Below are positions 1 to 8,990 of a DNA stretch of 32,000 nt, piece after piece (the stretch's first letter is position 1; each line of letters starts with the position of its first letter). The stretch is from Candidatus Thorarchaeota archaeon. Its GTDB lineage: Archaea > Asgardarchaeota > Heimdallarchaeia > Hodarchaeales > Hodarchaeaceae. Location: positions 90,001 to 122,000 of the forward strand of contig JBHLRO010000007.1 of assembly GCA_048882505.1 (NCBI GenBank). The letters run 5' to 3'. The notes under the pieces are model-generated. The model ran no database searches and had not been told where the DNA came from. It was given only the letters and a program-made list of their open reading frames with translations. The position numbers were made by a program, and so were the translations under genes.

Positions 1-902
1 TTAAGATTTATATTAAATTCTCCTACTTCAGATTTTACTAGCTTGATTCCATCTGAGAGAATGAGGCCTCCTTTTATGGTAATTCTCTTGGCGGAGTGGT
101 TGGTGAGCTTCCAAAAGACCTTATTGTTCGCGGATCCGATATATCCTGACTGATCCAACAAACTAGTTTCAATCTGAAGGGCCAACTTAGGGGATTGTAG
201 ATGAAAACCACTTACAGTTTTTGCTTCTCTATCCACGAGAATATCCAAGAAATCCGAGGAATTGTCCAATTTAAAATGATATTTAAAAACAGACGAACCA
301 TCAATTTTGTGGATGTCAGGTGATTGCTGAATAGGACGGTCTAGTCGAGCATACCAATTTCCCTTGTTTATAAACCGAGAAAAGAATGAAGAGGTAAGAA
401 TTGGAGGAATATAAGACTCCATAAGTACAGATGTTTCAGGAAACCAATTAAATCCAGTACGCTTGTATAGGGGCATCGCCTTGAGATTTCCACCCCATGT
501 ATGAAGATCTAAATGTGTTCCCTTCAGTCGTGTAACTAGTTCGGTTGCACATAACAAGAGTGCCTTTCCAAAACCCTTCCCTTGGAACTTCGGATTCACA
601 CCGAATAAACCCACATAAAACGATGTCGGATCATTAAAGTTTACGTGAATGGTGCAGATACCCACAATCTGGTTGTCAACAAATGGCACCAGACGAGCTA
701 TGGCCTCCTCTCGGCCAAACGCATCCATAACACGTTCGACGGTAAATGGATTACCATGCGTAAATCCGCCTGGCCAGCTTTCCGAATCATCAAATGAATT
801 CAGGCAATCTGCAAGTTTGGATGCGTTATCTCTGTTGAGATCCATGTCTGAGATAATAAAATCCTTATAATCCCATCTAGATGGGATTTCTGATATGGTC
901 AT
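1..902 (-). CDS. GNAT-family N-acetyltransferase with long C-terminal extension (runs off the window edge; not in the ORF track)
   Basis: Hand translation from ATG 902 (GGAGA RBS upstream) is open to position 1: MTISEIPSRWDYKDF...YVGLFGVNPKFQGKGFGKALL...HLDLHTWGGNLKAMPLYKRTGF. This has the acetyl-CoA motif A (QGKGFG) and the N-x-x-A-x-x-L-Y-x-x-x-G-F motif. Confidence 0.85.
   Translation of the reverse strand, partial: MTISEIPSRWDYKDFIISDMDLNRDNASKLADCLNSFDDSESWPGGFTHGNPFTVERVMDAFGREEAIARLVPFVDNQIVGICTIHVNFNDPTSFYVGLFGVNPKFQGKGFGKALLLCATELVTRLKGTHLDLHTWGGNLKAMPLYKRTGFNWFPETSVLMESYIPPILTSSFFSRFINKGNWYARLDRPIQQSPDIHKIDGSSVFKYHFKLDNSSDFLDILVDREAKTVSGFHLQSPKLALQIETSLLDQSGYIGSANNKVFWKLTNHSAKRITIKGGLILSDGIKLVKSEVGEFNINL
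869..888. repeat. Perfect 20-bp palindrome AATCCCATCT|AGATGGGATT inside the 5' end of the GNAT gene
   Basis: Read directly from the sequence; positions 869-878 are the exact reverse complement of 879-888. Confidence 0.9.
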
Positions 903-1101
903 GAAATATTTCTCCGAATAACATGTACGGAAGATCAGAAGAGGGAGAGGGGTTGTTTGAGGGCAATGCAAATAGTTCTAATATTGTCTTTTAAATTTGA
1001 GATTCGGGCAAACGTGGTTTTTTCCAGATATAGGAATTGAATTCTTGAAGGTTTTTAAACCACCCATTTTTTTAAAGATCTATACCTAGGAAGGTGTCAA
1101 A

Positions 1102-1908
1102 GTGGAACCGCTAGTCCGTGAGTTTTTTTGTGTACCACCCGTAGAAATTCCAAAAACGAAAAAAATTACCGTTCTAGCAAAAAGAGGTTATTTCGAGATT
1201 TCAGAAAATAGAATTGTCTATACGGTTTCCCGAAAGACATTAGAATACATAACTCTGGAACCAGAAACAGGGACCGGAAGAATGCAATCCTCCGAGATTC
1301 TTGGGGATCTTGACCCTATGCTCTTGCTGTACACATTAACAAAAGAGAAAACTGAACTATGTTTTTTCCCTAAAAGTAGTGAGAGCAATCAGTTTTTGAT
1401 GGATTTTATTTTCGGTGACCTCCTACCTTTTCCGCATAGTTCATACCCAAATTTCTACTTATTGAAACGGTTTGTCCCAAATATTTACGAAGAGTTCTAC
1501 AGATTGGCTGCGGATTTGGAGGATCCGATATCAACTACAATGGCGACATTTGAAAACAACGTGTTCCTTCCATTTAAACAAAAGGTTATTTCTGCTCAAA
1601 CCTTGAAAGAAGATCGGGCAAAGGTGGCAATAGATATTACTACTAGGGAATTTCCGCGATTTATAGGCCGTCACGGCGATCTTCAAAAAATTCTAAATAT
1701 ACGTTCGGAACAGATATCTGAGTTCCAGCAGATATCGATGGCTTTAATTTCCCCTTTCCTCCGCAAAATTCGCATGATATCGACTTTGAAGGAGCATCTG
1801 GAATCAGTGCCGTTAAAGAAAAAAGAGGGAGCATCAATTAAGCTAAGACCTCTAGTATTAGATCCATCCGCTTTAGTAGAACTTCTTAATCCCTTGGTAA
1901 AACCCTAG
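1102..1908 (+). CDS. Hypothetical protein (268 aa)
   Basis: Long ORF with GTG start, GGAAGGTG RBS, T/A-rich TATA-like element at about 1052-1059 and protein-like composition; no motif recognised. Confidence 0.75.
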   Translation: MEPLVREFFCVPPVEIPKTKKITVLAKRGYFEISENRIVYTVSRKTLEYITLEPETGTGRMQSSEILGDLDPMLLLYTLTKEKTELCFFPKSSESNQFLMDFIFGDLLPFPHSSYPNFYLLKRFVPNIYEEFYRLAADLEDPISTTMATFENNVFLPFKQKVISAQTLKEDRAKVAIDITTREFPRFIGRHGDLQKILNIRSEQISEFQQISMALISPFLRKIRMISTLKEHLESVPLKKKEGASIKLRPLVLDPSALVELLNPLVKP

Positions 1909-1912
1909 AGAG

Positions 1913-2650
1913 TTATGTCTGGTATAAATATACTTTGAGAACTTCGAAAAGTTTATCTACAGCTCTGTAGGGGGAGTAGATAGCTGAAAGGTAGGTTATT
2001 CCGAACTTTGAACTCGGAAAGGTCGATTTAAATTCATCCATCGTTTCTGCAAAGCTGGAAAGAAATTCAACAGCGCGTTCTTTAACTGGAGCAGTGATTT
2101 TAAAATTGTTTTTATTTGCTCCATCGCTAAGAAGAGTATCACACTTGTTTACGACGAAGTGAAATATATATTTTGTTTCTAAAGCTTTTTGATCAGCTCG
2201 ATCAGGATCTAGATCTAGAGAATCGAGAAAATAGTTGTAAGAATCCTCCATCGCTGCCCGTTGAACCTCAAATGACTGTTGAGGATCCAAGAGAAACAAC
2301 ATACCGTCGGTTTTAAATATGCGCATTGCTTCGCGCCATTTTCTTCTTAGTTTATAGTCTCCAGGATTGTCGATTGAGAGGATCCTATATCTTCTCCAGT
2401 ATTCCGGATTATACCAGGGATAAATATTGGAGCTCCGTAATCGAATCCTTTTTTCTTCCACGTTGATGTCAAGGGTCTTTCTACTTAAGATCTTCTTAAC
2501 CTTGGTACCCTTCATCCGTTCAATGAGCGTTGTTTTCCCGACTCCCGTGTTACCCAAAACTGTGACCCGGATATCCCGATCGAAAATTTCTCTAACCTCT
2601 TTTACCTCAACGCATCCTATTAAACAATTCCAAATCCAGCAGAACACCAA
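1913..2650 (-). CDS. Small Ras-superfamily GTPase, Arf/Sar/SR-beta-like (start uncertain)
   Basis: G1 GNTGVGKT, probable G2 Thr in SRKTLD, G3 DNPG, G4 NKCD, G5 LSA. Switch II LRRKWR...TDGMLFLLD resembles Arf IRPLWR...TQGLIFVVD. Confidence 0.85.
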   Translation of the reverse strand: MVFCWIWNCLIGCVEVKEVREIFDRDIRVTVLGNTGVGKTTLIERMKGTKVKKILSRKTLDINVEEKRIRLRSSNIYPWYNPEYWRRYRILSIDNPGDYKLRRKWREAMRIFKTDGMLFLLDPQQSFEVQRAAMEDSYNYFLDSLDLDPDRADQKALETKYIFHFVVNKCDTLLSDGANKNNFKITAPVKERAVEFLSSFAETMDEFKSTFPSSKFGITYLSAIYSPYRAVDKLFEVLKVYLYQT

Positions 2651-2654
2651 GCCC

Positions 2655-2662
2655 TATATAAA
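2655..2662 (-). promoter_or_regulatory. Putative TATA box TTTATATA for the GTPase gene
   Basis: Consensus archaeal TATA box on the minus strand just upstream of the ORF. Confidence 0.4.
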
Positions 2663-2835
2663 CGGTTCCAATGGATTTACTCATTCGATGGTCTTATAGT
2701 CTACCTCCAACTAGGGTATTCTAAGAACCGAAATAGGAATAAGAGGAATCGGGCTGATTATGCTCGCTTAAATTGCACAAAATTCCACTTCTGTTGTTCA
2801 TTGCTTTTTAATGATCTCCATTAAGGTGATAAAAG

Positions 2836-3831
2836 ATGAAATATACAAAATTTGGACAAACTGGCCTTACTGTATCCCGAATTTGCCTTGGTATGATGTC
2901 ATTTGGCGACCCCAATGTAAGTCCGTGGGTTTTGGACGTTGATGAATCGCGACCGCTAGTTAAAAAGGCCCTTGATCTTGGGATTAATTTCTTTGATACC
3001 GCGAACGTATATTCAAGAGGTCGTTCTGAGGAAATTACTGGAGAACTCTTGAGGGAATATCGAGACGAGTGTGTTATTGCAACCAAAGTCTTTTTTCCCC
3101 TTAGCGGATTTGGATTGGATCCCAAGCCGAAACCAAACTCACATGGTTTATCACGCTACCATATAATGCGCTCAATCGATGACTCGCTAAAACGCCTGCA
3201 AATGGACTATGTGGATCTATATCAGATCCATAGATTAGACCAATCCTTACCAATAGAGGAGATTCTGAGGACGTTAAATCATTTGGTTGACCAAGGAAAA
3301 GTATTGCACATTGGGGCAAGTTCCATGTATGCGTGGCAATTTGCCAAAAGCCTCTGGCTAGCTGAAAGATATGGCTTGGAATCCTTTCGTTCCATGCAGA
3401 ACCATTATTCGCTCGTATATCGAGAAGAAGAGCGGGAAATGATCCCTTTATGTCGGGATCAGAATATTGCCCTTATACCGTGGAGTCCTCTAGCACGTGG
3501 CTTTTTGACTGGGAAATATTCAGCAGACTCTGAACCAGAATCCAAGCGTTATAAACATGATCGCTATTTACGCTCTCGTTTCTTTAATGATGAAGATTTC
3601 AAAGTAGTAGAACGAGTCCAAGAAGTTGCTAAAGAAAAAGACGTCACTTCGGCACAGATCGCACTCGCGTGGTTATTTGCCAAAGAACACATCACTGCTC
3701 CAATCTTGGGAGCAACCAAAGTTGAACACATTGAACAAGCTGTCGACGCATTGGAAATACAGCTCTCAGATGATGATATACAGAGACTAGAAGAAGTTTA
3801 TGTTCCACACCCCATTATTGGTCATAGTTAG
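2836..3831 (+). CDS. Aldo/keto reductase (aryl-alcohol dehydrogenase/YajO-like)
   Basis: SRICLGMMSFG, GINFFDTANVYS (catalytic D/Y), IATK, DYVDLYQIH, IPWSPLARG, PILGATKVEH; AAGGTGAT RBS. Confidence 0.95.
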   Translation: MKYTKFGQTGLTVSRICLGMMSFGDPNVSPWVLDVDESRPLVKKALDLGINFFDTANVYSRGRSEEITGELLREYRDECVIATKVFFPLSGFGLDPKPKPNSHGLSRYHIMRSIDDSLKRLQMDYVDLYQIHRLDQSLPIEEILRTLNHLVDQGKVLHIGASSMYAWQFAKSLWLAERYGLESFRSMQNHYSLVYREEEREMIPLCRDQNIALIPWSPLARGFLTGKYSADSEPESKRYKHDRYLRSRFFNDEDFKVVERVQEVAKEKDVTSAQIALAWLFAKEHITAPILGATKVEHIEQAVDALEIQLSDDDIQRLEEVYVPHPIIGHS

Positions 3832-4022
3832 TTCAAAAAATAGGCTTTTAATTACATCTACTGGGCTGTGTCTATTGAAATCTCTGCCAAATTGTTTCAT
3901 AATCCTAGTGGAATTATTTCCTTTGGATTATTCATCGTGAACCGGAATTACCATAATCATAAACAAAATAATTTTCGTAAAAAACTTCCTAATGTCGCCC
4001 AGATGACTATGGAAAGAAGGAT

Positions 4023-6032
4023 ATGTCAAAATTTCAGTTAAAGGCCCCCTATTCCCCTAAGGGGGACCAAATCGAGGCAATTGATCAGCTTACAGAGGGA
4101 GTTAAAGCTGGTAAGCCCTACCAAACCCTACTTGGTGTTACAGGAAGTGGAAAGACCTATACAGTTGCTAATGTAATTGAAAGGGTCCAAAAACCTACGT
4201 TGGTAATATCCCACAATAAGACTCTCGCGGCCCAATTATATCAGGAGTTTAAAGAATACTTCCCTGATAGCGCGGTGGAGTATTACGTTTCGTTCTACGA
4301 CTACTATCAACCTGAAGCGTACCTCCCGGTTCCAGATAGGTACATCGAGAAAGATTTCAATATTAACGATGAAATCGATAAGCTTCGTTCCTCTGCAACG
4401 AGAAGTTTACTAGAAAGGGAAGACGTAATCGTTGTAGCCTCGGTTTCCTGCATATATGGTTTAACAAAACCCGAATTTTACAAAGGAATGAGTCTGGCCC
4501 TGACAAGAGGGATGATGATTTCTAAAGAAAGGATTCTAGGGCGGTTGATAGAAAGTGCCTATGAACGCGACGACCTCGACCTTTCTCGTGCCAAGTTCCG
4601 CGCGAGGGGTGACGTTATTGACGTCTGGCCGGCCTACGAAGATCGTCAAGCAATAAGGATAGAGCTTTTTGGGGATGAGGTGGAACGGATCGCCAAGATT
4701 CACCCCGTTTCGGGAAAGGTTATAGCAGAATTGGAACGAGCTTTTATCTTTCCAGCCAAACAGTACGTTCGTCCTCGTTCGGAAGTGATTAGGGTTCTTG
4801 GAGAGATCCGAAGGGAACTTAAGGGACGGTTAAAAGAATTAACAAAACAAGGAAAACTCGTCGAGGCCCAACGCCTCCAACAGCGCACGCAATACGATTT
4901 AGAACTCATAGAGGAAGTGGGTCATGCCCCTGGGATGGAAAACTATTCTCGATACTTTGATGGTCGAACTGAAGGTGAACCTCCTTCTACCCTGTTTGAT
5001 TACTTTCCAGATGATTACTTATTGGTGATCGACGAAACTCATATGACCATTCCCCAAATTGCGGGTATGCTGGAAGGTGACAGGGCAAGAAAAAGGAATC
5101 TTGTGGATTATGGCTTTCGTCTCCCGAGTGCGTACGATCACCGCCCCTTAAGTTTTCAAGAATGGGAAGAACGTCAAGGCCAGACTATTTTCGTGTCTGC
5201 GACACCAGGCCCGTATTCCCTAAAGAAATCGGGGATGGAAAATGTTGTTGAGCAAATTATAAGGCCAACAGGTCTGCTAGACCCTGAAATTCAGTTGGTA
5301 TTAAATAATCCTCATCATATAGATCATCTTGTAGTTGAAATTCGGAAAACCACCGCCAGTGGCGAAAGAACTTTGGTTACAACACTAACTAAACGGGGGG
5401 CGGAGAATTTGGCTGACTATTTTGATGAAATTGGGATCCGTGCTCGGTATTTACACAGTGAAATCAAAACTCTTGAACGTACTGATCTACTCCGCTCATT
5501 GCGATTGGGCGACTTTGATGTATTAGTGGGGATCAATCTACTACGCGAAGGGTTAGATCTTCCAGAGGTTTCCTTAGTAGCGATTCTGGACGCAGATAAG
5601 ATGGGCTTTCTTCGTAATGAAAGATCTCTGATTCAAACAATTGGACGTGCGGCCCGTAATGCCGCTGGACGTGTCATTTTTTATGCAGATCGAGTTTCTG
5701 AATCAATGGAACACTCTATTGCCGAAACGAAGCGAAGACGCAGAAAACAGCTTGAATATAATAAGAAAATGGGAATCATACCTGAAACTGTTAAAAAAGA
5801 AATTCGCGCTCCTCTTATAGAAATGAAAACGTCTTTCTCTAAACTCAAGGAGGAGAAGATACCTGCAGCTGAACTTCCCGAGTATCTTAAGGCATTAAAG
5901 CAAGAAATGCAAATTGCTGCCAAAAATTTGGAATTTGAAAAAGCGGCAGAAATTCGTGATTTAATTTACGAATTGGAGAATCCTCAGCCAAAGAAGATAC
6001 CCAAGATTCTTGATAGAAAGGTATCAGGATAA
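4023..6032 (+). CDS. uvrB: Excinuclease ABC subunit B
   Basis: LLGVTGSGKT Walker A, SHNKTLAAQL, YYDYYQPEAY beta-hairpin, DETH, GINLLREGLDLPEV, QTIGRAARN and C-terminal UVR domain (LEFEKAAEIRD). Confidence 0.98.
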   Translation: MSKFQLKAPYSPKGDQIEAIDQLTEGVKAGKPYQTLLGVTGSGKTYTVANVIERVQKPTLVISHNKTLAAQLYQEFKEYFPDSAVEYYVSFYDYYQPEAYLPVPDRYIEKDFNINDEIDKLRSSATRSLLEREDVIVVASVSCIYGLTKPEFYKGMSLALTRGMMISKERILGRLIESAYERDDLDLSRAKFRARGDVIDVWPAYEDRQAIRIELFGDEVERIAKIHPVSGKVIAELERAFIFPAKQYVRPRSEVIRVLGEIRRELKGRLKELTKQGKLVEAQRLQQRTQYDLELIEEVGHAPGMENYSRYFDGRTEGEPPSTLFDYFPDDYLLVIDETHMTIPQIAGMLEGDRARKRNLVDYGFRLPSAYDHRPLSFQEWEERQGQTIFVSATPGPYSLKKSGMENVVEQIIRPTGLLDPEIQLVLNNPHHIDHLVVEIRKTTASGERTLVTTLTKRGAENLADYFDEIGIRARYLHSEIKTLERTDLLRSLRLGDFDVLVGINLLREGLDLPEVSLVAILDADKMGFLRNERSLIQTIGRAARNAAGRVIFYADRVSESMEHSIAETKRRRRKQLEYNKKMGIIPETVKKEIRAPLIEMKTSFSKLKEEKIPAAELPEYLKALKQEMQIAAKNLEFEKAAEIRDLIYELENPQPKKIPKILDRKVSG

Positions 6033-6070
6033 GTTTAGAGCTGCCCTGTATTTAGGCCCGATAGAATCCG

Positions 6071-6655
6071 CTAGATTGTATATGGGATTAGTTCGTTCCT
6101 AATGTAGATTGAAATTTCGGCTGCCATCTTAGATAGCATAGCGTGAGCTTTTGGGGATGATCCCAGCTTTGAAATGACATTCAGAACAATCGCATTAATT
6201 AGGTCAACAAGGAAAAATTCGTTAAAGATCTCTTCCAACCAGTGTAAGAAAAACATCTGAAAAGGGGGAAACCTCTGAGAGGTCATCCAAATAGCATTAG
6301 CTTGACCCAGTTGATAAAGTTGCCTCATCATTTGGAGGCGCAGAAATCGGTTTTTGCCAAAATGGGAATGATAATCTTGGGCTCGATCTTGTACGGGTTG
6401 ACGAAGGTTGGTCAATTCTACAGTTAGTTCTCCCGAGATTCCCCTGATTTTTTCTGTCAAGTCAAATCGTATTAAATAGGCTTGTTCAATTGAATCGAGC
6501 AAACTTTTTAGTAGCTTCTTTAAATCTCGAATCAAATCACCTGTAGTATCATCAGCATTTTCAAAAATACACCCTCCAAACAAAATTAAAGGTTCGCGAG
6601 TTTGGTATTTTGTTTGATAGTACAAGAAAGCATGTGGCTCTTCAACTATTCCCAT
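6071..6655 (-). CDS. Hypothetical protein (194 aa, largely helical)
   Basis: ORF fills the space between uvrB and lpdA; no recognisable motif. Confidence 0.65.
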   Translation of the reverse strand: MGIVEEPHAFLYYQTKYQTREPLILFGGCIFENADDTTGDLIRDLKKLLKSLLDSIEQAYLIRFDLTEKIRGISGELTVELTNLRQPVQDRAQDYHSHFGKNRFLRLQMMRQLYQLGQANAIWMTSQRFPPFQMFFLHWLEEIFNEFFLVDLINAIVLNVISKLGSSPKAHAMLSKMAAEISIYIRNELIPYTI

Positions 6656-6811
6656 GGCTATGAAAAAAACGAGTGTCCACCTATTTCAATATTCCCGAAT
6701 TCCCTTCCTCACCGAAACTGACAGATGGATCATATTCAGCGGGCAAATACTAGATATCCCGGTTCCGTTTATTGATTGATATGCTGAAATCGGCTATGAT
6801 ATATTAATTTC

Positions 6812-8230
6812 CTATATATGGATTGCTCTACCCAGTGCATCTAGTGTGGCCTCCTTAATCGTCTCATTAAGGACTGGGTGCCCATGTTCTACCTTAATTA
6901 GATGTTCTGCTTCCATATGATTTGCCACTGCTAGCGCAGCCTCAGCAATCAACTCTGTAGCTTGCGGGCCGATGATATGCACACCAATAATAACCTTTGA
7001 CTCCTTATCCAAAAGTACTTTAACAAAGCCTCGATTTTCACCAGTAATAATTGCCCTACCAGATCCTACAAAGGGAACCTTACCTATTAAAATGGATTTG
7101 TACCTTTTTAATGCCTCTTCTTCCGTAACACCCACCGAAGAAACCTCAGGATCGGTAAAGATTACGCTCGGGATTGCGTTATAGTCCATCTCGGAATTGT
7201 GACCGAGGATGTTTTCTGCCGCCACTTCGCCTTCATGATACGCAGTATAGGCCAGCATGGGAGAAGGAACGCCCTGGACAACGTCCCCTATCGCATAGAT
7301 TCCAGATACATTTGTTTCCATTCTGTTGTTGACGATAACGCCCCGATCATAAGCCACGCCCGTTGAGTCGAGACCCAGCCCTTCAATAACGGGCGCTCGG
7401 CCGATCGATACCAGGACATAATCCGCCTCTTGGTGGTGCTCGGTTCCACTACTATCTATAAAACTTACCCGTTTATTCCCCGATGGCGTATCGGAGATTC
7501 GAGTGACGCGTGATCCCGTATGACACTTAATGCCTACCCTTGTAAAGGCATCTTCGAGTTCTCTACTCAAATCGTGATCCTCCATGGGGATTAAACGCGA
7601 CAACATCTCGATAATTGTGACATCTGTTTCTTCAAAACAACGAAAAATGCACGCAAATTCCCCACCAATGACTCCTCCCCCAATTACTATCAAACTCTTC
7701 GGAATAGCATTTAGTTCCAAAACGCTTTCGCTCGTAAGAACTTTGGCTCCTTCAATTCCAGGTATCGGAACAAACGCTGGTTTACTACCAGATGCTATGA
7801 TGATCCCTTTTTTTGCGATAACACGATAAGCTTCCTCAATCCCATACCCTTTAACTTCAACGGTTCTGGCATCAATGAAACTTCCCTGCCCCTTTATGAC
7901 TGTAATACTGTTCTTTTCCATCAAGAACTGAATCCCTTTAACCATCCGTCGAACAATCAATCGCTTACGTTTCTGGATTTTCTGGAAATCGACACCTAAA
8001 TAGTCCGCCTTTAAACCAAATCTTGAGATCTGCCTCAGGGCCTTACATTTTTTTGCTGACTCTACCAAAACTTTGGTAGGAATACAACCTCTATTCACGC
8101 AGGTTCCCCCAAGATCTGCCTTTTCCACAAGAACCACCTGAGCATTTAACTGGGCCGCTCTAATTGCAGCCACATATCCACCTGGACCGCCCCCTATGAT
8201 AATGATGTCCGTTTCAATTTCGTCAGCCAT
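6812..8230 (-). CDS. lpdA: Dihydrolipoamide dehydrogenase (E3 / GCS L protein)
   Basis: GGGPGGY FAD motif, GGTCVNRGCIPTK redox disulfide, GGGVIG NAD motif and C-terminal HPVLNE His-Glu pair. No N-terminal HMA domain or C-terminal CC, so not MerA. Confidence 0.95.
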   Translation of the reverse strand: MADEIETDIIIIGGGPGGYVAAIRAAQLNAQVVLVEKADLGGTCVNRGCIPTKVLVESAKKCKALRQISRFGLKADYLGVDFQKIQKRKRLIVRRMVKGIQFLMEKNSITVIKGQGSFIDARTVEVKGYGIEEAYRVIAKKGIIIASGSKPAFVPIPGIEGAKVLTSESVLELNAIPKSLIVIGGGVIGGEFACIFRCFEETDVTIIEMLSRLIPMEDHDLSRELEDAFTRVGIKCHTGSRVTRISDTPSGNKRVSFIDSSGTEHHQEADYVLVSIGRAPVIEGLGLDSTGVAYDRGVIVNNRMETNVSGIYAIGDVVQGVPSPMLAYTAYHEGEVAAENILGHNSEMDYNAIPSVIFTDPEVSSVGVTEEEALKRYKSILIGKVPFVGSGRAIITGENRGFVKVLLDKESKVIIGVHIIGPQATELIAEAALAVANHMEAEHLIKVEHGHPVLNETIKEATLDALGRAIHI

Positions 8231-8990
8231 CCAATCACACCATCACAATTTCGACGAGACGAGTGCGTTTGGAATCGTTTAAATGCATTCTTTATCTATA
8301 TTACCGCTACATTGCACACTTCCAGCCATGAACCCCTACGTGTTCATGAGTTGGAGGTTATTCACACAAGTCGGATTGAAAACCCGATGTTGCTATAGTC
8401 TACGTTTGTTATCGTGATTCGCCGCAATTTGATGGTTTCGGTCTAAAATTGCCATAAAATGAGCAAGAATGACCATTTCGGATAAAAAGACTGATTGATC
8501 CTCCCAAGATACGTGTAATCCCTCTAGTTTTCACCTACCACAGAAGGGATTTAAAGATATATCTAACGCCCGAAGCAACTCAATACTACTTGACATGCCC
8601 AAAATAGTCTCTTGGTGGTTAAATGGGATTATTTGCCTAGCCCCGAAGATTTTAGGAAACATTATAAAGGTTGGCTGGATATTACCTTGATCGGGTCTTT
8701 GAAAATGGTCGAAAAACGATTCTCTACCACGGCCGTCTATTGATGGAACTACTCAACAATAAAACGAGTTAAATCATACCTAGAAGGCTTTGAACAACTT
8801 ATATATTTCCAGAACATCCCTTTTGATAGACGTACAAAGGAGTGTGAGTCGGGAAATCCATATTGCCATAAAAGAACACTTTAATACTACAGACTGTAAT
8901 TCTTTTACATAGAAAAGAAAAGGTTGAAATTTGATATAAAGGGACGTACCCGCTCCAACCAGGGAATATATATCTCTAAGGTGGATTAAA

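Noticed and set aside
938-963. G-quadruplex in the purine-rich spacer GAGGGAGAGGGGTTGTTTGAGGG
   Set aside because: Only three G-runs of three or more.
2208-2219. 12-bp palindrome TCTAGATCTAGA in the GTPase gene
   Set aside because: It is explained by the Leu-Asp-Leu-Asp coding repeat, and several palindromes of this length are expected by chance.
6812-8230. lpdA as the missing MerA for the MerB-like locus
   Set aside because: It has no C-terminal Cys-Cys pair, has the HPxLxE motif of lipoamide dehydrogenases, and is separated from the locus by two opposite-strand genes.
8460-8775. Transposase or IS remnant in the long gap upstream of lpdA
   Set aside because: Plus-strand fragments look vaguely protein-like (e.g. 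RLAGYYLDRVFENGRKTILYHGRLL), but I found no terminal inverted repeats, target duplication or recognisable motif.
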